Below, piece after piece: positions 1 through 12,933 of a DNA stretch of 64,000 nucleotides. A program made the position numbers and the translations under genes. Under the pieces are notes generated by a model that ran no database searches, was not told the origin of the DNA, and was given only the letters and a program-made list of their open reading frames with translations. Within the stretch, counting starts at the first letter, position 1. Each line of letters begins with the position of its first letter. Origin of the DNA: Massalongia carnosa (lineage: Eukaryota); NCBI GenBank assembly GCA_965645245.1, contig OZ287075.1, forward strand, positions 930,001-994,000. The letters are read 5' to 3'.

Positions 1-578
1 ATGGACGAGGATGATGGAATCGGGGGCCAACTATCCTTGCGAACGCGATTGACCAAATGCCTTATGCAAGGTCGGGACCGACGATCGGCGATGACCGGTA
101 GAAGGAGGCGAAGACCCAGGAAGAAACGAGGAGACGGCCGGTGCGAAAGGGGAAGATGGAAGGGAAAGAGAAAACAGCGAGGGGCGGAGGGTCTTTTATA
201 CCTTCAGAAAAGCGGCAGGCCGGGGCGCGCATGACGCTTGGCCCGAAAGGGTCGCGCTCAACCCGTTTCGGGCGCGGCTTGCCTCGAAGCACCCTTTCGC
301 CGTCCCCTCGTTTATAGATAAATTTTGATTTAATAACGGTTGATTAGAATCGACGACAGCTTTCTTACATAAAAAGTCATGAACGAAGACAATAAAGATA
401 AAGAGGAAAGAAAGACTCGAAAGGTCGGACTCGCCCCTATAAAGCAACGCACTCTAGTCCTCATGCAGTAAGGTGGCGAAAGAGTTTTCCGCGCTATCTC
501 GTGAACAGGTCCATCTACGGTTTCCGTAGGTGCTCGATTAGGCTTAGTTTCCTAAAGGAAAAAGGTAGATTCGTGACA
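1..578 (-). mobile_element. Possible LTR (Ty3/gypsy-type) fragment running off the left edge of the window
   Basis: The minus strand from 578 begins TGTCACG, a common fungal gypsy LTR terminus. A TATA-like GGTATAAAAG at ~194-203 is followed by a CT-rich tract. No second LTR, PBS or pol sequence is visible. Confidence 0.35.
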
Positions 579-986
579 GACTCGATGTCTCATCGAACAA
601 ATATCAAGAATAAAAAAAATTTCATATGATATAATTCATATAACTTTACCCGCATGAGCCGATCTACCATTGATGTCATATTGAAGTATAAATATCTCAT
701 TATTATCATAATTCGATAAATAAATCTTAGACAATCAATTTTTCTGCCTCTTTAACGGGTAAAGTCGAGACTTTGCGTGTTTTTCTCTGTATTATTCATA
801 TGTTTGTTAGCTTAATACCACAGCGCTTCCGAGAACTTTTTCGTACCGTCTATTCTCTGTAATGGTTTACGATATTTGAGAGTTACGGAATACAAGCCTA
901 TCGCATTTCATGTTTATTAACTTCGGAAATCTCAATAGGGCAACATTCAAAAGCTCAACCTGTATCAAATAAACATCTCATCAAGA

Positions 987-2264
987 ATGCCAGTTGCATC
1001 TGAGAACCCCGCTTCGGAACCTTTACTACGCACGCATTCAACCTTGGCTCTTCCAAATGAGCTACTTCTCCTAGCTGAAAGGCAATGGATTTTCACAGAG
1101 TCAGAACTTCTACGAACGCCTTCTGTGTTAGATGGCCTCACTCCAGAAAAGGAACGTGAGAATCGAGGAAAAGGTGTGAATTTCATTTTACAAGTAGGGA
1201 TTATGCTCAGGCTTCCCCAAATCACCCTAGCCACTGCCTCTGTCTTCCTTCACCGGTTTTATATACGTCACTCTATGGTCAATCTTTCAAATCGATCAGG
1301 ATTTCACTACTATTCTATGGCCGCCACAAGTCTTTTTCTGGCAACCAAGGTAGAGGAGAATTGTCGCAAGATGAAAGAGTTGGTTGTCGCATGTGTAAGA
1401 GTCGCACAGAAGGATCCACATAAAGCGGTAGACGAGCAAGACAAGGAATATTGGAGATGGAAAGACAACATCTTGCACAACGAAGATCTACTCTTGGAGG
1501 CAATCTGTTTTGACCTTAGTCTGGAACCCCCGTACAAGACTTTGTTTGAGCTATTGGTTCGCTTTGGCGAGGAGACCAACAAACGCTTACGGAATGCAGC
1601 ATGGGCCTTTATTAACGATAGTTGTCTCACCGTGTTGTGCTTGTTATTTCCAAGCAGGACTATTGCCGCGAGTGCCCTTTACGCTGCAGCAAAGCATTGT
1701 GGTATTTCCTTTCCCGACGATGAGTACGGACGACCATGGTGGGATGCTGCGGGCATTGAACTAAAAGACATTCGAAAATCATGCAACTTTATGGCAGGAG
1801 TTTATGAAAACGCCCATACGAGAAGTGGTCGAGATGGCAGTATCTATGGGCGTACACCAGAGGACGGGGACGAAAAGGATGCAAAGACTCGGGCGATTTT
1901 AGGCGGTGCTTCGGGGCTGATAGAAGATGAAGCTAGCGAATCTGGTGTCTCGTCGGCTTCTGTCTCAAACCATGAGCGAAGAGGCAGAAAACATACAACA
2001 GATAACGAGGAAACTGTCAACGGAGATATACCTACAAACGGCGCCAGCGTCCACCATAGAAACGAGAGCTTTCCTCTTGCTAGCGGTGAAGGATCGAGTC
2101 TCGTTGATGTTCCAACAAGCGACTCTAGTAAGAGACGGAAGCTCAATGGTGACGGAGATCAAGCAAACATTAGTTTAGTTCTTGTTGAGCCATCAAGCAT
2201 CAAAAATACCAAAGCTGATCCACTGATCGATGATGTTAGCGAAGAAGGCGAGGTTGAGCCATGA
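987..2264 (+). CDS. pch1: Cyclin T/K-family transcriptional cyclin (Pch1-like)
   Basis: 425-aa ORF with a cyclin box: QWIFTESELLRTPS...GVNFILQVGIMLRLPQITLATASVFLHRFY...FLATKVEE...EDLLLEAICFDL. Confidence 0.88.
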   Translation: MPVASENPASEPLLRTHSTLALPNELLLLAERQWIFTESELLRTPSVLDGLTPEKERENRGKGVNFILQVGIMLRLPQITLATASVFLHRFYIRHSMVNLSNRSGFHYYSMAATSLFLATKVEENCRKMKELVVACVRVAQKDPHKAVDEQDKEYWRWKDNILHNEDLLLEAICFDLSLEPPYKTLFELLVRFGEETNKRLRNAAWAFINDSCLTVLCLLFPSRTIAASALYAAAKHCGISFPDDEYGRPWWDAAGIELKDIRKSCNFMAGVYENAHTRSGRDGSIYGRTPEDGDEKDAKTRAILGGASGLIEDEASESGVSSASVSNHERRGRKHTTDNEETVNGDIPTNGASVHHRNESFPLASGEGSSLVDVPTSDSSKRRKLNGDGDQANISLVLVEPSSIKNTKADPLIDDVSEEGEVEP

Positions 2265-4779
2265 CGATCTTATCCATTAACCTGCTTACTTTGGCTTTGA
2301 GCCGATCTGTTCACTGTCTTTAGTTTTTATGGGAGCCCCCAATCTAACAGGTATGTTGTTATGGTCAAAAACTAAGATTTGATGATGACAGGAATGTCAA
2401 GCTAAGCAATGAATCTAGGTCTGAATAACTTACCAACAGCCGAAAAAGCAATCCCTCGACGTCTTCTACTCCAGTTATATGGTTTTTCCTCCGTCCTCAA
2501 AAACCGCAGTTGCCAAAGTTTCAAATGGATTCCTGGACACTAGACTGTCGGGTCTTTCCTTCAGTAGTGCTCTCCAGCGGTTACTGACTTCCTCATGTAA
2601 CAGCATCAACCTAATCCTCACCAGCAAACTAATATGAAACTAAGGGTCGAATTCTATTGTAAATTATTACTGGCAATCTCCATAAGAATTCAATCATTAA
2701 GCTCTTTCTAATTCAAAGCGGCCATTTAACCCAGCCAGATCGATCTAACTCCAATGGTTAAAACATCCTGCTTAACTTTCGGCTACTTCTTTTATATGAT
2801 CTTTCAATGGCTGAACAAATTCGCTTACCTCCACCTTTATCAAGCAAACGAGGCGAGTGTCGCCAAAGATCAGCCGTTGTCGGGGCTATAAATTTTCTAA
2901 CATTCAAGTGAAGCTGCTGAACGGCAAGGCATGAGGGCCTTATTTACCAACAGAAGGGACGACGCTGATTCCCTGGAGACTACAACTATTATCGTAGGAT
3001 ATATGGTTTGCCTAAACCATTATTATAGTGACAAAATACACAGCGATTTCTTTTACAAGGCTATCATATAGTTCTTACAAGAACACACTGATCAGAGATA
3101 TCATCTTCCCCATACACGAGACTTTCTTGCTTGAAGGATTATGAATATCTTCGAACATTCAATGACCCATCAGCATTATAAATTATAATGTAAGGTGATT
3201 TTTGATCCCACAGACAAACTCCATTAAAATTACCTTTCTAGTTTCCTATCTCCATCTTGTTTTTTTATCTATCCATCAGTCAACCTAACAGGTATTAAGT
3301 CTACTTTCCGAATTTTTTTTCCTTTTACAATAGCTTCCTCGATTTTTCGTTTCACCTCTCCTATGACCTTTTAGGCACCCTTTCCATTAGTGTCCGACCT
3401 ACATAACCTAGCCTGACTCCCTACCTACCCCAAAAACTCACAGGAACCATCTCCAAGCCTCCTGTTTTCTCCACGTATGATTCTTCCATCTAACCCCGAA
3501 CGCAACATAACACCCGATATCCGATACAATTTGAGTTATCCAATCGATCAGGTGAGGTTATATGCTAGATTACAAGTTTACAAGGCGGACGGCCTGTCGC
3601 AGCTTTCGTGTGTCCATGCGGAGTTAGCCCTCCGGGGCATAATACGTCGTGTGCCTATATTATATTAGTACCAGACGTACGGAGGAAGGGTGAGGAGTGG
3701 AGGTGGCCGGGTATATATATTCGCTTATGAGGGATCTAGTTTCCCTTACGCGTGGCCTACATACATACCACCATTACGGCAAGAGAAAGGGGTGCTCACC
3801 ATTTTTTTTTTAAAACATTTTACGGATTTCGAATAGGGGGGAATTGGCTGTGGATTATGTTTGGATGGATGGATACAAGTAATGGAGGCTCGCTTTGCAC
3901 GAACCTTCTCCGCTTGCTGGCATCATGGTTGGGGAAATTAAGAGGTTTGTTTGCTTATGGTAGAGTATGCTGGTTCTAGCGTCTAGCTATGTATGGCGAG
4001 TCCCACGATGCAACTGCAGGTCTCTGAACCGGTCAAGCTGTATGAGGGAGAAGGGTGTTAGGGGGATTTTTGAATGGTGGAGAGGGGGGGGATTATGTCG
4101 ATACATATTCACTCACCTGCTCCATACATCTTTCAATTTACGCCCGGAAAATTGTGGTCAAACAAACAAAGCAGGATAGAGGATATTATTGATAGTAGCA
4201 AAACCTAACGCTAAACAGGCTTTTCCCAGTGATGAGAGAACGCAGTGATTCAAGGGTGTGCCAAGTAAAATCTGCATAGGGGGTCTTGTAATCCCTTTTC
4301 TTCAGTGTCAATGCCTATTCCGAAGGTAACATGAAGGCGTGAAAAGGACTTCACGATCGCAAGGCATCGTGTATAATGAACACGCTCCATGGTTGATAGG
4401 TAGAAACGTATTTGTCGAGTCAACCTAAGATCCGCATCTTCGTTGCAGGCACAGAAGTATTTGACGGGGCCCTAGGCCAGAATCTCATTGAAGTGCCATC
4501 TCTGTGGAAGTTTGTGATCCGCGCTGTAATGCGATAAAACGCTAGAAAATTTACGGACAACAAGCGCATAAGAGTTCGTAAAACCTCCAAAAGCAATAGC
4601 AGTTCCAGCACAAGCAGGAAGCCATAAAAAGAGGAAACGCGGTAATCGAACACGCTGAGAAAAGGCCTCCTACCCCAAAGGTTAATATGATGCAAATTAA
4701 TTAAATTAATCCCAAAGCCCTTTTGACTTGTTGACCAAAACTATCTTATGTATGATATCACCTACAACTTGTGCCCTCG

Positions 4780-7700
4780 TCAGTCATCAAAGTTGTGGTC
4801 ATTGAAGACGTAATCCTCATTATCCCCAGTTTTAAGGACGCCGCTCATCCGATCCCCTCTCCTTTGTTGGGGATTATGGCTCTGCTCCCAGTTGGCATCC
4901 TCCTCATCGTTCTCATCCTCTTCGCCTTCTTCCATTCTATCCAGATCGTTGGATTTGAACTGCTCTTCAATTGTCCTCTCGTCCACGAATGTGAAGCCCT
5001 TGAAATTAGCCTGCATTCCCGGTGACAAGGGAGTTGATGCAGGCATAGCCCCAGCTGCCAATGCAGCCGCACGAGCATTGAGAGAGGAAGAATTTTGAAG
5101 AGCATTTGTAAACTCAGGGTCGAAATTCGAGGTATCAAGCACAGACTTAAGCTTGGGTTTGAAAGGAGGTACTACTTTCTTGTTCATGAGCGCGGTCCAA
5201 TCTGTATCTGCAAAAAATGCGTGGGCTTTCAGCTCTTCGGCGTCATTCTTAGCGCCCAGTCGATGTTTGGGATTGCGATTTAATAGACCCTTCACAAAGT
5301 TTCTCCCTTCAGTGCTCAAGGCATCTCGAGGAAACCGGACCTTTCCAAAGGCTATGTTTTTGTACATTTGTTGGGTATCATCGGCATAGAAAGGGCTCCA
5401 ACCGCAACACATCTCAAAAACAAGGACTCCCAGGGACCAAAAGTCTACCATGGTGGTGTATCCCTGTTCGTCTAAGAGCACCTCCGGGGCAAGGTACTCG
5501 GTGGTTCCGCAGAATGTGTTTGTTGTGTCGTCTTTTGTAAGGTTGGCCTTTGATAGCCCAAAATCACAAAGTGCAATGTGCCCGTTGGCGTCCAGCAAAA
5601 TATTCTCTGGCTTCAGGTCCCGGTAAACGATATCATACTGATGCAAATGTTGTAGGGCAAGGATGAGTTCAGCGATGTAAAACTTAGCACGCCCTTCGTT
5701 GAATCTGCCCTCCTTCTGCAAATGCCAAAATAGCTCACCCCCAGACATGAAACCGGTGACAAGGTACAGATCTGTTGGCGTTTGAAACGAGAACTTCAGG
5801 CCCACAATGAAGGGAGATTCAGCCATTGCGGTTCGGACGAGTATATTTCGCTCCCCGAGCGTATGGGCTACTTCCTTTTTCTGAACAATAACCTTCTTTG
5901 AAAGAACTTTCATGGCATAAATCCGTTGCGTGTCTTTCTTGCGCACCTGATAGACCTGGCCGAAGGTTCCTAATGGTTCCTGAGCAGAGAGCACCAAACA
6001 GCAAAGTATTCTCTCCCTTACCTTTACCGATTAGCTTCAGGATCTGAAAGTCTTCTGGGCCATAATGCTTCTTGTCCGTCTTTTGAAAGAGTAGCTCAAG
6101 GCTTATCTCGCCAGAGACATAGTCCTCTTCTGGATCTCGGGCTCCTAATTTGTACCATCCTTCAAGTCTTGTATTGTGTTTGCTCACGTTGGGAGAAACC
6201 TTGACGTGACCTAAGAAAGCTTCGTGGTTAGATCGATCATAGACGTAAACGTCGATGTCAGAGTGCGTCCCAAGAACGTCGCTAGAAAGACGTTAGATTC
6301 AAATACAACTTGGTGCCCTGATGCTCTACGTACAAAACAGCCTCATGCTCCCATCTCGGATTAGTCAACTGCCTTCCGCTCTTGAAGTTTTTTTGATCCG
6401 ATAGACTGGTTGTGCTGCTCTGGCGGCTCTTCATCGGAATTGCCATTGATTTCCCCAAGTCGTTCCCTAACCGCTTAATAGGAACGCCACTAAAAAGCTC
6501 CTCCTTGCCTCCACCTTCATCCTTATCTGAAATTGCTTCTTCACGCCTTGGTCCCCTAGCAATAGACTCATTCCATTCGAAAACACACACTACATATGGA
6601 TCGTGACTAGGCCTTAACCCTCGAGCCTCTACTATCTTTACCGACAGTTTCCCTTTGGGGGGACCTACAGGAGCGGTCGCATTGGGAGGTACTGATACGG
6701 TTGGCGTAACGTTGTTGCTTCTATTAGGGTGTGATATCCTATTTACCGTATCATCTAGCTGAGGGGACAAGACAGATGGAGGAAGCTTCTTGGGACTTTC
6801 TATGCCGTCGTTGGATAGCGCTCTTGGGGTAAGCGGAGGCGTATTCTTTGCACGCGGCAGAGCCGCCACACCGTTAGTCAGCCTTGTAAGCTCAAGAAAT
6901 GAGGCCAAAGAAGAAAGAGCAGAAGTGGAGGATAAGTAACGGGTAGGACTTCTGGAATCCGTGCATTGGTGGGTAGCCGGATTCGAAAGATGCGCGGCAT
7001 GAACGGAGGAGCCTGACATGAGATTCGACAATGGGGAAAGACCTATTGTTGATTGGCATGTCCGAAGAGGCATAACATCATTTCCAGACTGATGTCTTCT
7101 GATAGCAGGGCGACTTAAGTTAAGGTCATCTCCCATCCTTGAAATCTTGCCCAAACGAGCCTTTTCGGCGCTCAAAGAGAAGTTTTTGCCCTCAAAAGTG
7201 CTATCGATATCCTTGTCTCCAATTGACGCCGGTGAAGAAGGAGGTGGCGTGGGGTACTGGGGAACCAGGAGGCCAATGTCCTGAGCCATAAAATTCCGGG
7301 TCCTTGAGCACTGATGCGCTGGGGATATAGAGTTCGTATGAACCTCGGCATCCGTGGACAGGTTTGGAGAGGCAGGTACTGCAGGTAACGCGACCGAAGG
7401 GCTTCCGTGTGCATCCATCAATGTGTAGATTCTTCCGGTTGCACCCGATACAGGTACCGGCAAACCACGCGATTCTTGATGACTAGAACTTGTAGAAGAC
7501 TGTGCACGAACCTGTCCAAAATAGCTATGTAATATACCTGGTAAACGTTTGTCCACAGGATTTGGATTGGGAGTTGCAACACCGGATGGTGTTGTACTAA
7601 TAGACCCTATGTGATCGTGTGTCTCTTCATCGGAGCGACTAGTCGCACAAAACATGTTAGCACGTGTGATTATGTGTGAAGTGATGAGAAAGCCTCAAAG

Positions 7701-7782
7701 TAACACCTCAAAACAAACTTGAGACACTGTTGCTCAATAGTTACCTAGTAACGATAAAATCCCCTGAAAAGGAGCTATGCAT
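4780..7782 (-). CDS. SCH9: AGC-family Ser/Thr kinase Sch9 (C2 domain plus kinase domain); first exon/start uncertain
   Basis: Motifs IGKG|TFGQVYQVRKKDT, YRDLKPEN, DFG, TFCGTTEYLAPE and hydrophobic motif FKGFTF; C2 domain KGKLSVKIVEARGL. GT-AG introns at 7639-7744, 6282-6333 and 5970-6021 join the ORFs in frame. Confidence 0.93.
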
Positions 7783-8410
7783 ATAAGCTATCTCACAGGC
7801 CAATTCACTTGTTTTGCAAGGGTTGAAGTATGTGAAGATATCCAGAAACACGACTGCTAACAGATCAAAGCAGTATGAAACGGGGAAGTGGTAGCATGCA
7901 ATGGCTAACGAAAAGTGTCCCGTCTCATGTTTGAATATGAAGTGATCATGGCGGCCTTGCTGTACTTTATGAGGAGTCACACATGATATTCAGGTGGAAA
8001 AGCATTGAACCAATTCTAGGCGGTTTTCTTTTGAGAGAGCGGATGGCCAACCCCGATCATCTACACCCCTGACATTCGCTCTTCACTTAGCCATCATTGC
8101 TCGCTGGTTGACCGACACAGTATATGTGGATGATGTTGAGGATTCGCACAGGACCAATAAGAAAGGCCCCCACATTTAGAAAAACGAAATGGCAAAGGCT
8201 AAGGAAGGAGATTTAACGACTGACTTTTGTAACATCGCTTTTCGTAGTAGGTCTGCAGCAGTATGTAGGTTGATGCCATCATGATGAGTCGCCATGATCG
8301 TCGAGGGAGGAAGAACGTGGGCCTAGTAGGACGATGTGTCTGACAAACATGGGCTTTTCAGCGTTGATGGCGGAAACACATTTTGGTGGTCTTTCGTGTA
8401 TAGTATTCCA

Positions 8411-8865
8411 TACAGAGTATAGCAGTGCAGTTTGATTGCGGGGACTAGCTGTAGCCGTTCATCGCCGCTTGAGAAAGATCCGACGAGCTTCAGCCGAGTT
8501 CTACAGCGTAATACAGAATACGGAGTACAGAATAACGTACAGAGCACTCTATTGATTATAGCCGCACAGCCACCCAGGATCAAGGCACTAGTTACCAAGT
8601 ATAGAGTGCTCTGTACAGAGTACTCTGTTCTCTATACGTAGTATCTATGTAACTTCTACGCTATACTCATGTACTCCGTACTCTGTACAGATAGTTACTA
8701 GCATAAGCCCGCGTACTCAACAGGAGAAAACAAATTTACCATCCCACCATTGGGCCAGCGCTAACAGGAATCGAAACCTATCGGACAACTACAGGTAACT
8801 TTTACGTAACTAGTAGGATGTCGGTACGGAGTACGGAGGTGTACAAGTACTTTTTGCTCTGTACT
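8411..8865. repeat. Cluster of TAC[A/G]GAGTA-like motifs in both orientations in the SCH9/NPL6 divergent intergenic region
   Basis: Exact copies at 8411, 8519, 8614, 8672 (rc), 8679 (rc) and 8825, plus several degenerate copies. Confidence 0.7.
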
Positions 8866-9031
8866 TGGTTAGTCAGCCTTCCCAAGCTCCAGCCTTGCAG
8901 GGCGGAACTCTTTGGAACCACTCTGTAACTTCTACACCTTGCTTGCGACCCCTAGCTAGATAAGTGGTTGTTGTGGATAACAGGCTCTCCCAAAAGGCAT
9001 AAGGATTCCGGCCTTTTCTGTAGCTTTGGGT

Positions 9032-10780
9032 ATGGCAAGAACGTCACGAAATTCGGCTCAAGCTGTGGTAGCTAAGCCCAGTATGTTCATTGCTTCCATC
9101 AACTCCTATCCTTCGCTATATATCATTCAAACCCTCCGTTGCCTCCATGACTCATATTCTAAAGGGATACCTACACCTCAAATCCTTGACGTTTCTGATG
9201 ATGACGTTTTAGACCAACCTCCGTCGGGTGTAGAAACGCCTCAGGAAACCGAAAGCCAGGAGCATGGCGACGAACCTCTACTAGAAGATGAGGATGTGGA
9301 TGATCCCGGATCACCAATCAATGACTCTGAAGAAATATCCCAAGCACCGATCCTAGCGCGAGGCCAATCGTCCATACCACGCAAGCGGCGCGCAGGGAGG
9401 CCACCTAAGGCCCGGCCTCATGATTGGGATCGCCCAGACGATCTTGATTCACGAGATGTAGGCTCTGATGTTGGCACTCCTCGGAAACGAGGGGGCTTCC
9501 GTGGACGTGGTTTTGGAGCCGGTAGGTGGGGGAAACCCCGGGGAGGGCCGTCGCACATTACCCAAGTCCCTGTGGATAAGGAAGGAAATATGGCGAACGT
9601 CAAAGATGACGAAGTAGAGTTGCCGGAAGATTCGGAAGGGGAGACCAAGGTCGATAAAATGGGAAGGCTTCTAGGTAATAGGGAGTATCGTGTGAGAGTA
9701 TTTACAATCAGCGGCAAGGGGGACCGCTTATACATGCTGTCGACCGAGCCGGCTAGATGTATCGGGTTCCGTGACAGTTACTTGTTCTTTCAGAAACACA
9801 AACAGCTCTACAAAATCATTCTTGCGGAGGAAGCCAAGCGGGATTTAATTGAGCGAAACATCATCCCTCATTCGTACAAGGGTCGGGCTATAGGGGTTGT
9901 CACCGCACGCTCCGTGTTTCGGGAGTTCGGCGCCCGAATCATCATTGGCGGCAAAAAGATTGTCGATGACTACCAGGTTGCTGCAGCACGGGCTCTTGGC
10001 CATGTAGAAGGTGAATTTGCCGTTCCAGATGACAAAATTCCTGGCGGCGGAGACTCTTATGACCGGAACCGGTACGTGGCGTGGCATGGCGCCAGCAGTG
10101 TCTATCATTCAGGTGCGCCAAGTGTCCCTCTGCCTAATGGCAAAGCTGGAGAGGGGAAAAAGCGAAAAGTCATTGTAACTGGGGTGAACTGGATGTTGGA
10201 GCATGCTCGAGAAGCCAGGTAGGCCCCTGTGCTGTAGGTATGGCTATGCTTCTATGCTTGCTAATTTCAATGTGGCAGTCGCTTCAATGCTGCGCTCACC
10301 CACACCCGGCGTCAGAACTTAAATGGGATCTATGACACGCACACAAATGTGATGCAATATCCCAGAATAATGCAGCCAACGCACGCTCGTTGGGAGCAGA
10401 TTTCGAATTCGTCGGGAGCTTCACGACCCCCGCCAGATCTCACTTCTGATAGTGAGCGTGAAACTGACGAAGTCCCCTCTACAGAGACATTATTTTCCAA
10501 CATTTCACAAGCCTTTGCGCGCAACTTCTTAATAGCAGATACTTACTTCGTTAGCCCATCGCTACCTAGCTTAGGATACCCCGGGCCGGATGAGGAGGTG
10601 CTGGATATTGGCCCTGGTGGGCTGATGCGCGTGCCTGAGGATGTTCTAGTAGAACTTCCTGACCGATGCCGGTTGGCATTTGAGGAAGCCAGGAGAGAAG
10701 AGATGAAGTGGAAGGCTGCGTGGGGTCGCGAAGAAGCTGATCGGACAAGGGCAAACTTACATATCTGCTACAACACATGA
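9032..10780 (+). CDS. NPL6: RSC chromatin-remodelling subunit Npl6/Rsc7 (Swp82 family)
   Basis: Signature GETKVDKMGRLLGNREYRVRVFT...YMLSTEPARCIGFRDSYLFF and an AT-hook-like RRAGRPPK. Intron 10219-10278 joins the C-terminal exon; a further intron near 9081-9164 is probable. Confidence 0.88.
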
Positions 10781-12022
10781 CGGATGGTTTGACCTTTACG
10801 TGAGGTTATATACCTTTGGGGGAGTCGAGCGGACATACAGCAAACTATGCTGCTTGAAGAAGCACATCGAAGCAAAGAGCCCAGCGGGGCCACACATGGC
10901 TTTTGGTGGGACATCAGATAAGTGCTAGTTTCAATCTACGGTCGCAAATGAAGGCACAAAGAAATTGAATTTAGTCAAAGGTTGTAAAGGCAAAATGACG
11001 ACGGGTTTACAGAGTAAATCAAGTAAGTGTGCGGTGTACCGTTAAGTGAATGGGGGAACGAGAGAAGCGGTCCGATTCTATCCGAAGTTGCATTAGCCGG
11101 CAGCCGTCAGTCCATCTTTTAAAGGACATCCATAGGTAGGCCTGCCGCCAGAGACACTAAGCATGAGTGCGGAGTACCATGCCCTATTACAGCTTTTGCT
11201 GCGAACTCGGGTCTGAGCTGAGGGTAAATTTAGTATTAACGCAGTTTTTACGTAGCCATCAGCTCCAACTCTAGGCAGACGAAAGCGCACGTTTGCTCCG
11301 CAGTTGCCCATCGTCCCCATCGTGCCAACAGCTTTAATTGTCATTCCAAAACAGGCCCACCACTTATTTCGATTTTCTCATTCTCGAAGGTGAGATTTTT
11401 CGAAAAGGAGTTTGGGCTGGTGATGAATCAGGAGCAGGAAGGAGGGTATTCCCTACTGGAAAGGGGAAGAAGCCACCAACAAGCTGGCCGTCATCATTGA
11501 TCAGCATCATCGCACAGGTTCTCGGGTACAGAGTAACTTATACGAAGTACCACATACCTATAACAATACCTACCCACTACTGTGGACTCGGCGGTAAATA
11601 CCTTACCCGTATCCGAACCATTTCTTCAGAAACCCTTCCACACCGCAACAGTGACGTCCTAATTCGGTCGAGACCGCAATGCAGAACTTAATGGATTGTA
11701 ACAAGCCTAGACGAGAAATAGGCGTTATGACTGGTCTCGTTTGATCAAGTGCTAGGTACTAAATAAATAAGCGTAGCGAATCGTACGCCTTACAGTGTAA
11801 TAATGATTCCTCGGTATCCTTCACAAGGCAGGCAAAAGCCCCTTCACTTGAAAATTCCCACTTTCAACACAAACTCCTCCCATCCACCCCCCCTCTCCCT
11901 CCGCAAATTCCTTGTCATCACTCTTCTCTTCGACTTCCCACATTCCTTCTCACATCTCCCTCTCAGCTTGTAGTCTCTGATCTTCTCAACGGTCCTGGAA
12001 TCGTTTTTCTTACCCTCACAGG

Positions 12023-12739
12023 ATGGAGAAATTGCAGTAATCTCCCGCTAGACAAGTTCTTCCTCGCCTAATTCCACGACCTCCTTTGTAGCCAGAGGAA
12101 AGAAATCATTCTTGGAGCTCCCTTCCTTGAGATACGATATTTACTCTCAGCTACAATCTGGATACCGGACACGTCTTCTTTCTACAGCAGAATCATCCTT
12201 GGAGATCCTTTCCAGGCCAAAAGGCATAGATCTTGTCTGGACAACACGTCGACGGTGCTGCAAAGAGTACAAGTTGAGGCCTGCATCCTGCTTCATCAGC
12301 ACGCACGTTGCCACGACTGAATTTTCCCTGCAGTTTGATAGTAAGCAGTCATCGCTTTTAACTGGCGGCTCTTCCTACAATACAGTAGATATATGGATTT
12401 TATATCTTAAGTCTTCTTCGCGCCTGGACTGTGTTCCTGTGTTAGCAAGTTCCTACTCTAGATCCTCTGGACCTTCTCCGATTCCAACGAGCTTTTAACT
12501 AAGTCTTGTGGGATTGATACACCTTTGCCACCATATCTTCACCTCCTGCACAACTCTTCACCAGCTGCGGCAAGGAACACTAGAAGCAGGCTCTATTGTC
12601 TCTTCTACTTAAACAGCCTTTATCCCGGTCATCTTTATCATATGGGTTTTCCTGATAGCACAGCTTTCACCCATGACCGATAGGCGGCTGTGTGTCTAAC
12701 CTCAACGGAAGTGTTCTACTTGTGTCCATGGCGCTGTAA
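12023..12739 (+). promoter_or_regulatory. Five short upstream ORFs in the putative CLG1 5' leader
   Basis: MEKLQ* 12023-12040, MDFIS* 12393-12410, MGFPDSTAFTHDR* 12642-12683, MTDRRLCV* 12673-12699, MAL* 12728-12739. They lie downstream of a CT-rich promoter-like tract at ~11870-11990. The transcription start is unknown. Confidence 0.45.
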
Positions 12740-12933
12740 CCTGCTCTTTACGGTTAGACGTTATCCCAATATTTTGGAGAAGCCCCTCTTGCCAATCGCG
12801 ACATATCGATAGTGTTGAAGGCAATCATTCGTCCTCCCACCATACCGCATCTGGAAAATCGAAGGAACTATATCCGGTCAGGCTTCTCTCGCTATTCTCC
12901 CTTGCTTCGTTGCTCAAAAAAACACTAATCGCC

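Noticed and set aside
2430..2600. Minus-strand KPYNWSRRRR resembling the N-terminus of an MFS transporter
   Set aside because: Only ~10 residues, surrounded by stops, with no transmembrane segments to support it.
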